Shown here in pieces: positions 36,353 to 50,300 of a stretch of DNA of 64,000 nt. A model generated the notes under the pieces. The model searched no databases and had not been told where the DNA came from. It saw nothing but the letters and a program-made list of their open reading frames with translations. The position numbers were made by a program, and so were the translations under genes. How positions within the stretch are numbered: position 1 is the first letter of the stretch; each line of letters begins with the position of its first letter. Source of the stretch: the human T2T-CHM13v2.0 reference genome, Homo sapiens; NCBI RefSeq assembly GCF_009914755.1, contig NC_060928.1, one strand, 5' to 3'.

Positions 36353-39300
36353 AAAGGACAAGCAATTCTTCAATCTTGGGATAAATGAAGACATTGATTG
36401 GAGTGTCATAAAACTAAGATGTGAGAATTTTTGAATTAGAATTTTAATTTTAATACCTACTTTCAAGAGGAGGTAAGAACCAAAAGTTTTAAAGGGAAAA
36501 GACTGAAGATGAGCATGTTTCTTTGAATTATAAAACTTGGGTTTAATACCACTAGACTCTAAATTTCCAACCCTAGTAATATGGAATATGCTGTTGGAAC
36601 TCAACGTGGTCGTTTGCTTAACTTTTTGTTGATATAATCTGAAATGATATTAAATCTCACTGTGGAGCATCATAAAAACAACCTATTTGTCAGAGAAGAG
36701 TAGGACAATTGTCCTATTAAATTGGAAAACTGAAAAAGAAAATTTAAAAACAGACTTCCATTATTGCATTCATATGACAAATACTTTTTGAGTGTCTGTG
36801 TCACTGGGCACTGTACTACCTTGTAACTACCTAGGCAGTCGGGGTAGGGAATCCTCCTTGGGGAAGTACCCTTTGTAAGGCCAGGCACAGAGAAAAAGGA
36901 GGGTAAAGAGTGTGCTAGGTAATAGGTAGAGGACATGTACAAATAGATGGCTACTGATTTTCAGTTGATAACTATGTCTAATTAGGTGAATACCATCTTA
37001 TTCTAGCAAGAGTATCAGAGTGCGTTCATTCCTGAGGACCCTTTCCCTGGTGTTGAAACAAATTATCTCTAGCCTTCAGTACGAAATAAATTCCCTTTTG
37101 CTACATTTCTGCCAAATCTGAAGAATCACAATGGATGAGTCTCATGCCTATTTCAAAATGGTATAGAGTCTCTGGGGGTTCAGTATATTTAACTTGTTTC
37201 CTCATAAGTGTGACTTCAAGATATTGTTTCATGCTGGAATTGTAAATTGTGATTTATCCATTCTCTGTAGAAATATTAAATAAATCTGAAAAAACTCCAA
37301 AACCCATTTTTATTGTAATTTTTCTTACTGCATTTTAGATACAGCTTTAAGATTATTTGCTAAGAGATGAAAGGAAAGGTGGGTGTTAAACTCAGATTGA
37401 AGCAATTTAAAATGTTACAGGCAGTTATATTTGATATAGAACTTCTCAGTTTATTATAAATGGAATAAGGTTGGATCTCTAAAAGGAAAAAATATATGTT
37501 GCAGCTGTTTCCATCTTATTTGTTCCATGGGACTGTCTTACGTCCCCAGCCCTGCAAGATTCCTCCAGGGGTCTCCAGCTACCTCCACTCCTCTGAGGAC
37601 TTTCTGTGTACAGAAGACAGGCCCAATGTTGCAACACGACCTCCTATCGAGGCTTGGCAGTGTTTTCAGATTAGAGTTCAATTTTCTTTACTTAATTTCT
37701 TGATACCTATCTCCAATCCAAATAAACTTAGCTACAATATTTTTGAAGATTTACATTCCTAAACACTTAATTCCAGAATTAATTTTTCCTTAATAAAATA
37801 AGCTTCACTATTTTTTAAATTTTTATTTTTAATCAACTCATAATTGTACACATTCATGGGGTACTATATGATGTTTCAATACATGTATACATTGTGTAAT
37901 GATCAAATCAGGGTAATTACCTTACCCATCACCTCAAACATTTATTGTTTCTTGGTGGTGAGAACATTCAAAATCCTCTTCTAGCGATTTTGAAACATAC
38001 ATAGCTAACTGTAGTTACCCTACTTGCAATAGGACACCAGAACTTATTCCTCCTAACTGTAACTTTGCATCTGTTGGCCAATTTCTCCCCATCTCCTCCT
38101 CTCCTCTACCTCCCACCCTTCTCCCCCAGCCTCTGATAACCAAGGTTCTACTCTCTACTGCTATGAAATCAAGTTTTTTAGATTCCACATACGAATGACA
38201 TCATGTGGTATTTGTCTTTCTCTATCTGGCTTATTACGCTTAACATCATGTCGTCTAGTTTCATCCATGTTGTTGCAAATGACAGCATTTCCTGTTTTGT
38301 TATGGTGAAATAGTACTCTATTGTGCATATACACCACATTTTATCTCTTCATCTGATGATGGGTACTTAAGCTGATTCCTTACCTTAGCTATTGTGAATA
38401 GTGGTGCAATAAACAGGAGCATGCAGATGTCTGTTTCACATACTGATTCCAATTCCTTTGGATAAATAGCTAGTGTTGGGATTGCTGGGTCATGTGGTAG
38501 TTATATTTCTATTTTTTTGATAAACCTCCAAACTGTTTTCCATAATTACTATAATAATTTACATTCCCACCAACAGTGTGTAAGGGTTTTTTCTTCTTCA
38601 CATCCTCACGAACACTTGTTATTTTTTGTCTTTTTGATAATAGCCATTCTTACTCGAGTTAGGTGATATTGTGATTTTGACTTGCAGTTCCCTGATGACT
38701 AGTGATGCTGAGTATTTTTTCATATACTTGTTGGCAATTTTATGTCTTGTTTCAAGAAATGTCTATTCAGGTTTTTTGCCCATTTTTAATTGGATTATTT
38801 GGTTTTTTTGCTATTGAACTCAACAGTTTGGGTTCCTTATATATTCTAGATATTAACCTCTTGTCACAAACATTTACAAATGTTTTCTTCCATTCTGTAG
38901 GTTGTCTCTTCACTCTGTTGATTGTTTCCTTTGCCGTGCAGAAGCTTTTTAGTTTGCTTTTGTTGCCTGTACTTTTGAGGTAAAAAAAAAACTCCTTGCC
39001 CAGACCAATGTCATGAAACATTTCTCCTGTTTTCTTCTATTAGTTTCATAGTTTCAGGTCTTACAGTTAAGTCTTTAATCCATTTCGAGTTAGTTTTTAT
39101 ACAGTAATCCCCTCTTTTCCATACGGGATACATTCCAAAACTCCCAGTGGATGCTTAAACCATGGATAGTACTAAATCCTATTTATACTAAGCTTTTTCC
39201 TATATGTACATGCCTATAATAACATTTAATTTATAAATGAGGCACAGCAAGAGATTAACTATAATAAAATCAACCAATTATGAAAATATACTGTAATAAA

Positions 39301-39446
39301 AGTCATGTGAATGTGGACTCTTTCAAAATATCTTACTGTGCTGTACTCACCCTTCTTGAGACAATGTGCAATGATAAAGGGCCTACATGATGAGATGAAG
39401 TGCAGTAAATGACGTAGGCATTGTGCCGTAGCATTAGGCTATTACT

Positions 39447-39684
39447 GACCCTCGATGATAGGTCAGAAGGAAGACCATCTGCTTCACTGATCCTGGACCA
39501 CTGAGCCACGATGATGTTGATGACAAATAGGCAGGCAGCATATACAGTACAGATACACTGGACAAGACCCTCGATGATAGGTCAGAAGGAAGACCATCTG
39601 CTTCACTGATCCTGGATCATTGAGCCACGATGATGTTGATGACAAATAGGCAGGTAGCATATACAGTACAGATACACTGGACAA
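39447..39684. repeat. 119-bp tandem duplication, 3 mismatches
   Basis: 39447-39565 versus 39566-39684. Confidence 0.95.
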
Positions 39685-39751
39685 AGGGATGATTCATGTT
39701 CCTGAAGGAGGGAATGAGATTTCATCATACTACTCAGAAGGGTGAGCAATT

Positions 39752-40527
39752 AAATCAAAACCACAATGAGATACCATCTCACACCAGTTAGAATGGCGAT
39801 CATTACAAAGTCAGGAAACAAGATGCTGGAGAGGATGTGGAAAAATAGGAATGCTTTTACATTGTTAGTGGGAGTGTAAATTAGTTCAACCATTGTGGAA
39901 GACAGTGTGGCGATTCCTCAAGGATCTAGAACCGGAAATACCATTTCACCCGGAAATACCATTTCACCCAGCAATCCCATTACTGAGTATATACCCAAAG
40001 GATTATAAATCATTCTACTATAAAGATGCATGCACACTATGTTTATTGCAGCACAGTTTACAATAGCAAAGACTTGGAACCAACCCAAATGCCCATCAAT
40101 GACAGACTAGATGAAGAAAATGTGGCATATATATATATATACATACACATACCATGGAATACTATGCAGCCATAAAAAAGAATGATTTCACGTCCTTTGC
40201 AGGGACATGGATGAAGCTGGAAAGCATCATTCTCAGCAAACTAACACAGGAACAGAAAATCAAACACTGCTTGTTCTCACTCATAAGTGGGAGTTGAACA
40301 ATGAGAACACATGGACACAGGGAGGGGAACATCACACACCGGGGCCTATCGGGGGGGTGGGGGGCAAGGGGAGGGATAGCATTAGGATAAATACCTAATG
40401 CGTGCAGGGCTTAAAACCTAGATGACAGGTTGATGGGTGCAGCAAACCACCATGGCACATGTGTACTTATGTAACAAACCTGCACGTTCTGCACATGTAT
40501 CCCAGAACTTAAAGTATAATAAAAAAA
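39752..40527 (+). mobile_element. 5'-truncated L1PA (PA7-like)
   Basis: End of ORF2 plus 3'UTR ending cccagaacttaaagtataataaaaaaaa. TSD AGAAGGGTGWGCAATT (39736-39751 / 40528-40543). Confidence 0.92.
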
Positions 40528-40640
40528 AGAAGGGTGTGCAATTTAAAACTTATGAATTACTTATTTCTGAAATTTTCCATGTAATATTTTCAGACTGTGG
40601 TTAACCGTGAGTAACTGAAACCTCAGAAAAGAAAACTGGA

Positions 40641-40917
40641 GGCTGGGCGTGGTGGCTCCTGCCTGTAGTCCCAGCACTTTGGAAGGCCAAGGCGAGTGGA
40701 TCATGAGGTCAGGAGTTCAAGACCAGCCTGGCCAACATGGTAAAACCCCGTCTCTACTAAAAATACAAAAATTAGCTGGGCATGGTGGTGGTGCCTGTAA
40801 TCCCAGCTACTCAGGAGGCTGAGGCAGATAATTGCTTGAACCCGAGAGGTGGAGGTTGCAGTGAGCCATGATCACACCACTGTACTCCAGCCTGGGCGAC
40901 AGGGTGAGACTCTGTCT

Positions 40918-40950
<33 letters not shown>

Positions 40951-40958
40951 AAGAAAGA
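40641..40958 (+). mobile_element. AluSg-like
   Basis: Full Alu with TSD aaRgaaaactgg, inside the MER44 terminal region. Confidence 0.9.
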
Positions 40959-41844
40959 AAGGAAAACTGGGATAAGGGGGGGACTATGTTATATGGTGAA
41001 AGATAGGGGTCCAGTTTCATCCTTCTGCATGTGGGTATCTAATTTTCCCAGCACCATTTATTGAAGAGACTATCCTTTCCCCAAGGTGTGTTCTTGGCAC
41101 CTTTGTTGAAAATCAGTTGGCTGTAGATATGTGGATTTATTTCTGTACTGTTTTTATGCAAGTACCGTGCTGTTTTGGCTACTATAGTAGCTTTATAGTA
41201 TATTCTGAAGAACATGAAGTAAGAACATTATCTTAAAAATGTTCATAGAATGGTTAGGGCTTCTCCTACAAAATGCACTGGTGAGTCACAAACACAAAAT
41301 AAATTTTATTATAGTTTTCCTTATTTTTAACCCAAAATAATAATAGCCAGTTAATCAATCTACCATATTCATCAGTTGTCAATCCAACTAGTTTTGACTG
41401 CTTCCAAAAAATCAAATTTATCTTCAAAAGATAAAGATATCCATTATTCCATCAAGCCTATTTTAAAAATTGGTCCCACATACCTCAGGTAACTCCCAAG
41501 CAGTATTTCAAACATATCCTAAAGATGATGACATTGTTAGAAAAAGATGATAGCCTCATAAGAGATTATTTTTAAAGGAATACTTAGTTGCTCTTCAATG
41601 TTTGTTAAAAATACAACTGATGTTATTTTATGATCATACTTTGGCTACAACTACAGATGTACCCAAGAAATAAAGTAGGTAAGAATGTATTCCTTTACAA
41701 GATAATTCATAGTGATCTTTCTTTAAAAAGTTGTTTCCGTTTTACAACCACAATAACTATCCCTACATCATTAGAGATGCATCTCTTGTAAAAGATGAGC
41801 TTTTCTTGAGCCAGCAGGCTGGATATCCACACATTTGAAAATAA

Positions 41845-41978
41845 TCTTAGTTCTTAACATTCAGTGAGTTTGTCAGAAACATAGGATCTCAGACTCCACT
41901 CCATACCTATTGAATCAGAAAATCTGTGTTTAACAAGATTTGCAGGTGATTTATAAGCAGGTTAAAATTTGAGGAACA
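41845..41978. mobile_element. MER5-type MITE fragment
   Basis: cagactccactccatacctattgaatcagaaaatctgtgtttaacaagatttgcaggtgatt...aaaatttgaggaac. Confidence 0.6.
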
Positions 41979-42089
41979 GAGAGCTCTTGCTAATCTTATG
42001 AAGAGACATAATTTATAACACCAACGAAACAACTATTGAAGATGAGAAAACTTTTTTCTGATAGAATACATGATGACCTTAACAAAGCC

Positions 42090-42940
42090 ATATAAATATA
42101 AATTTGCTCAAGAATGTAAATGAAGATATAAACATAATAAGGACAGATGTGACACTCTGTCATACACTGGATAGAACAGCAGATTAGGCACAGCAAAAGA
42201 CAAGATCAGTGAACTTGAAGCAATACACCCTATCCAAAATAAAGCAAAGACAGAAAAGAAATAAACAGAGTCCATGTGATCTATGGGAAAATATCAATCA
42301 GTCTAATATGTGTGTGTACTAGTTTGCTACGGCTACTGTAAAAAATTACAACAAACTTAGCCCCTTAAAATAACACAAATTTATTTTATACTTCTGTAGG
42401 TCAGAAGTCCAATTAGGGCCTCACTGCTGTCCACAGGGCTGCATTTATTGCAGGAGGGTCTAAGAAAGAACCAATTTCCTTGTCTTCTCCAGCTTTTAGA
42501 GACTCCAGTATTCTGTGGCTTGTGGCTTCCTTCCTCCATCTTCAAAACCAGCATGGGGTCCTCACACTGCATCACTCAAACCTACTCTTTTTAAGACCCT
42601 TGTGATTACTTTGGGCCCTCCCAGATGATCCAAGATAATCTTCCTGTAAGATCCCTTCTGCCCTGCAATCTAACATACTCACAAATTCTGGGGATTAACA
42701 TGTGTGGACATCGTTGGTGAGTCATTATTCTGCCTTCCACAATATGTAATTCGAGTGCCAGAAAAAGAAGAGGAAGAAGGAAGACAGAAATTATATTTGA
42801 AGAAATAGTGACTGAAAAATTTTCCAAATATGATGAAAAATATAAACTCACAGATCCAAGAGTTCAACAAACCCCAGTAGAAGAAATTTAGATAAAACCA
42901 CACCAAGGCAGATCATAATCAAACTTGATAAACAGTGATA
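42090..42940 (+). mobile_element. Old L1M ORF1-region fragment interrupted by an MLT1 LTR (about 42311-42741)
   Basis: L1 motifs aacagcagattaggcacagca...agtgaacttgaag and gaaaaattttccaaatatgatgaaaa...cagatccaaga. The MLT1C/D-like LTR ends ttctgccttccaca, with ATATG on both flanks. Confidence 0.75.
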
Positions 42941-43160
42941 ACTTCTCAATTACTGATACTTCAAAGAAATGGCATCCTTTATACTTTTCACCAGTATTAA
43001 AAATCCTTCATTAAACAAATGTTTGTAGTTCCCCGTAGATTCATGAGGATTTTCCTCATCATGTATCCTTAAAGAGAAATGTGAAAGGACTAGGAAAAGC
43101 CCCAATCTTTACCTATTTTAAAGCTATCATAGAAATACTTCTGCAAAAAAAAAGTCCATC

Positions 43161-43457
43161 CACTGGGTGTAGTGGCTCATACCTGTAATCCCAGTACTTC
43201 AGGAGGCCAGGGCAGGAAGATCACTTGAGGACAGGAGGTTGAAACCACCCTGGGTAACATAGTGAGACCTTGTCTCTATCAAAAGGAAAAAAATTAACCA
43301 GGCATGGTGGCACACACCTATAGTCCCAGCTCTTCGGGGCTGAGGTGAGAAGATCACTTAAGCCCAGGAGTTCGAGGCTGCAGTGAGCTATGATCATACC
43401 ACTGCACTCCAGCCTGGGCAATAGAGCAAGACCCTGTCTCAAAACACAGAAACACAC
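43161..43457 (+). mobile_element. AluJ
   Basis: J-type diagnostics gatcacttgagg and agtgagctatgatc. Flanked by aaagtcYa. Confidence 0.85.
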
Positions 43458-43847
43458 AAAGTCTACCCAAATATACACCACAGAGTGAATGGGTAATTAT
43501 TTAGCACAAAATGTTAATAGAAAACACAACTTAAGCCACAATCAAACAGCATTATTATATTTTTATATTGAATTGAAAATGCTTCTGTGTTGCTAGGAAG
43601 GAGAAAGAATCATTGTCACTGGTACCAAAAAAAATAAATAAATAAAACAAGACTAGAATACACGTTTATACCCCTTTCCTCATCTCTTGGCAGGGCCTGC
43701 GTTTCTCCCCAGCATCTGGTGGAGCGTGAAAAGTCACTATTTAAGCCCTTATCTGGAAGCAAACCCTGGGTTTAAAAAAACGCCTGTATCTCCAGTTACA
43801 TTGGCTGGTCCCCCTGCTTCTATTCAATCACACAGCCTACTCTTCAT

Positions 43848-44700
43848 CAGTCGTGCGTTGCTCAATGATGAGGACAGGTTCTGAGAACTGTGTCATTAGG
43901 TGATTCTGTAGTACAAATATCACAGGGAGCACTGACGCAAACCTGGATGGTGTCGCCTACTGCATACCCAGACTCTATGTACAGAGTGTTGCTCCTAGGC
44001 TGCAAATCTGTACAGCAAGCTTCTCCCCCGTGGCCCATGGGGCTTTGAATGACGGCTTTGAATGCGGCCCAACACAAATTTGTAAACTTTCTTAAAACAC
44101 TATGAGATTTTTTTTTTTTTTAGCTCATCAGCTATCATTAGTGTATTTTTTTCTTTTCTTTTTTTTTTTTTTGTTTTTTGAGACGTAGTCTGTCACCCAG
44201 GCTGGAGTGCAGTAGTACGATCTCGGCTCACGGCAACCTCCGCCTCCCGGGCTCATGCCGTTCTCCTGCCTCAGCCTCTCCGAGTAGCTGGGACTACAGG
44301 CACCCACCACCACGCCCGGCTAATTTTTTTGTATTTTTAGTAGAGACGGGGTTTCACCGTGGTCTCGATCTCCTGACCTCGTGATCTGCCCGCCTCAGCC
44401 TCCCAAGGTGCTGGGATTACAAGCGTAAGCCACCGCGCCCAACCTCATTAGTGTATTTTATGTGTGGCCCAAGACAATTCTTCTTCCGACGTGGCTCAAA
44501 GAAGCCAAAGGATTGGACATCTCTGCCGTACCACCTGTGACTGTGCTGAACAGTGTAGGGAACTGTAACACAGTGGTATTTATGTATCTCAACAAAGAAA
44601 AAGTACAGTAAAAATACAGTATCAGAATCTTATGGGACCACTGTCATACATACCATACAGTCTGTTATTGAATAAAATGTCACCACGTGGTACATGACTA
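43848..44700. mobile_element. Tigger3a/MER7A element hosting MER30 (~44020-44525)
   Basis: cagtcgtgcgttgctcaatgatg...gttctgagaa...gctcctaggctgcaaatctgtacagca resumes at tgtgactgtgctgaa...tatgggaccactgtc...catgact. MER30 motifs gacggctttgaatgcggcccaacacaaatttgtaaac and gtggcccaagacaattcttcttcc. Confidence 0.82.
44150..44444 (-). mobile_element. AluYd-lineage element
   Basis: Sense reads GAGATCGAGACC|ACGGTGAAACC (12-nt left-arm deletion) and CTACTCGGAGAGGC. TSD TCATTAGTGTATTTT (44135-44149 / 44445-44459). Confidence 0.8.
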
Positions 44701-44719
44701 TATTTCTTCCCTTTCTTCC

Positions 44720-45666
<947 letters not shown>

Positions 45667-45964
45667 ATTCACCTTTCTGAATACAGGTTTATATGCGGGA
45701 ACAAGTTGCCCAGTAAAGCTCGGGATTTTCTCGTAATTAACAGCTCTTTTGTCATTTTTCTTCAAATAGTTGCCAAGCCATTGGCTGTATTACTTTGCTT
45801 CTTAGGCCATGGCGCCTGGTAACAATGCCAGGCACATCAGGCTCTTAATAAATATATTTTATGAATGTATAATAAATTTAGAAGTGATTATATCATCCTA
45901 TATTTGGTTCCTTCATTATGTAAACCATGCACTGAGCAGCACTCTCTAAAACTGCCTACATAGT

Positions 45965-48230
<2,266 letters not shown>

Positions 48231-48891
48231 GAACTCTTAAAAAAGTTTGCATCTTCTAGGGCAAAAATAAAATACCTTTATGTTTTCCCTAAAATGAAAG
48301 ACTGTGTCATCTTAGCTTTTACTTAGTCTGACTTAACAGTTACTCAATTATGCTGTTTGATAATGATTATGTCAGATTTACATTTTATGTAATAACTAGA
48401 AGTGGGAAGCCACAACCATGTCCCCTTATTTAGCCACAGCTATTCTGCCTTTGTACGCAGAACGCTGCTCAAAAACCATAAATAATCAGTATCTGTTTAT
48501 TTTTTAAAGTCATGGGTAGCAGCTATAGGTTTTTTTCTTCTTCCTGATGGAATGGTACCACGAATAGCAAGCATGTGTGCTTTACGTGTGAATGTGTAAA
48601 ATACCGTATGAAAATCCTCTTGGACTACATATCACTCTGAGCTTGTCACTGGCCGTCCCTTTCATTCATTAGATCAAATGAATTTCTGGATGATTTCTGG
48701 TCACTTTCCTGACAAAACTGAGCATCTTGTATTTGGATATTAAGCATGTAACATTTTCCTGATGTTCAGAGACAAGCAAAACTCTTAGCTTCAGGGAGAG
48801 AAAAGTTATGTATTCAAAGAAACAGAAAAGTATTTACAATGAATTAGAAAGATGCAAAAACCAAGTTAAAACACTTAACAGAGACTTGACA

Positions 48892-48897
48892 TTTATT
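48892..48897 (-). terminator. Polyadenylation signal of BEND4
   Basis: Plus-strand TTTATT reads AATAAA on the minus strand and is followed there by GU/U-rich TGTTAAGTGTTTTAACTTGGTTTTTG. Confidence 0.72.
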
Positions 48898-50139
48898 GTG
48901 CAATTTTATCCCCAACAGAACACGTGGCATTCTAGAGGTATATGAGGTAATAAAATCAACACTCCAATTAGAACACCTGAAATAATTGGCTCTAGTAACA
49001 AATGTCTCTTATAATTAAAAATATTGAATGTTTAAAAAACTTTTATAACATTTTAAGTTTCTAAAAGAAATGAGCCTAACACTTAAAAAACAACTTACTC
49101 TTCTATATAAATTGTTCACAAAAAAATCTTGCTATTCTATATTACACTATGCATTTGTAGCTTTATTAACATATCCCTAGTGGGTATTAACTCTACACAG
49201 TACAATCAAATAGAAATTATTCATAGAGAATCAACAAGACTCCAACAATAAAAATATCAGGATCAATGGATTTGTCACAGTTTCTCCACAAGTATTCATC
49301 ATAGAAAATAGAGTAAAGGCAACTCGGCCCCGGTGTTAGGCTGCTACATGAAGTTCCAGAGAGGAGAGACATAAAGGCAATGCCTAAATTGCGCAGGGTC
49401 GGGCTGGAACAGTGACCTTGAAAGCTTCATGACCCACCTCTAGCATGCCCTGTTCCCAAGAAGTGCAAGCCAGGACCCTCATGGCCTTGGCATGCTCTTG
49501 AACTTAAACACAGCCAAAGGGATGTGAAAGCCAAAACTACAGGAAAAAATCAACAGATTACTGTATTTTCTTACAAAATTTTCACAACAGTTCTCACAGT
49601 GACATCATAAATTAAAACTCTCTCTTCCAAACCAATCAGACTCATCAGCTCTAAAGCTACAAAGACACAAACGTGAAAAGTGAATTGAACGTTGGCTACC
49701 TGATGCCCCGGTGCTATTTCTAACATCTAGGAGTTCCCAAAGACTCTCACTTCACTGAGTTCAAATGTTTGCTTTTATCTCCCTGCATTTTTGCACTAGG
49801 AACCTATGGGACAAATGTGAACAAACTCGTGATTTTAATTTTAATTTACCTACTTTTAAAAAAAGTTTTCTGGTCTTCATCATAGGATCTTACGTAGGTC
49901 AAGCCTTATACAGAAACCTGGGCAGATCCCAGAGGATATATGGTTTGTATGTTCCTACCTAAGCATCGACATACTTTAGTAGTTTTTAGCAATACACAAA
50001 TATCAACTCTCCCTTGATGGCATAAATAAAACAACAAATCCATTCCAAAGTGTTGATGGGCTTTGAGAACTGTGCTCCAACTACTGAGGAAGACTGAACT
50101 CGTCATTCTGCTTCCTATGCCCAAAGCAATCCTCTTCTT

Positions 50140-50300
50140 AGCTGAGTACCCTGGGCAGTTTCCTTATCAATACAATGGGGATAAGAACAGTAACAGCCTC
50201 ATAGGGTAGCTGTGAGGATTAAAATGAGAATGCATTAAAGTACTTATCCAAGTAACTGTCACACAATAACTCAATAGATAGATATTAACTATAGTTACTA
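50140..50300 (+). mobile_element. MIR inside the BEND4 3'UTR
   Basis: cagtttccttatcaatacaatggggataagaacagtaacagcctcatagggtagctgtgaggattaaaatgaga. Confidence 0.75.

Larger units (their letters stand above)
39102..40988. mobile_element. MER44 (Tigger7-derived) element hosting an L1PA and an Alu
   Basis: Termini cagtaatcccctcttttcc and ggataagggggggactatg are inverted repeats. Internal MER44 sequence continues across both insertions. Confidence 0.85.
37815..41210 (-). mobile_element. L1MA (MA5/6-like) 3' end, split at 39101/40989 by MER44
   Basis: The L1MA 3'UTR runs taattgtacacattcatggggtac...gatcaaatcagggtaatt. It stops at gagttagtttttaTA and resumes at TAtatggtgaaagataggggtccagtttc. Confidence 0.85.

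Noticed and set aside
39447-39684. Direct repeats as a CRISPR-like or other array
   Set aside because: Only two abutting copies with no spacers, in eukaryotic context; a simple tandem duplication.
38702-40398. ORFs resembling L1 ORF2 (KSFCTAKETINRVKRQPTEW etc.)
   Set aside because: Short decayed pieces of truncated L1MA/L1PA copies; no intact retrotransposon.
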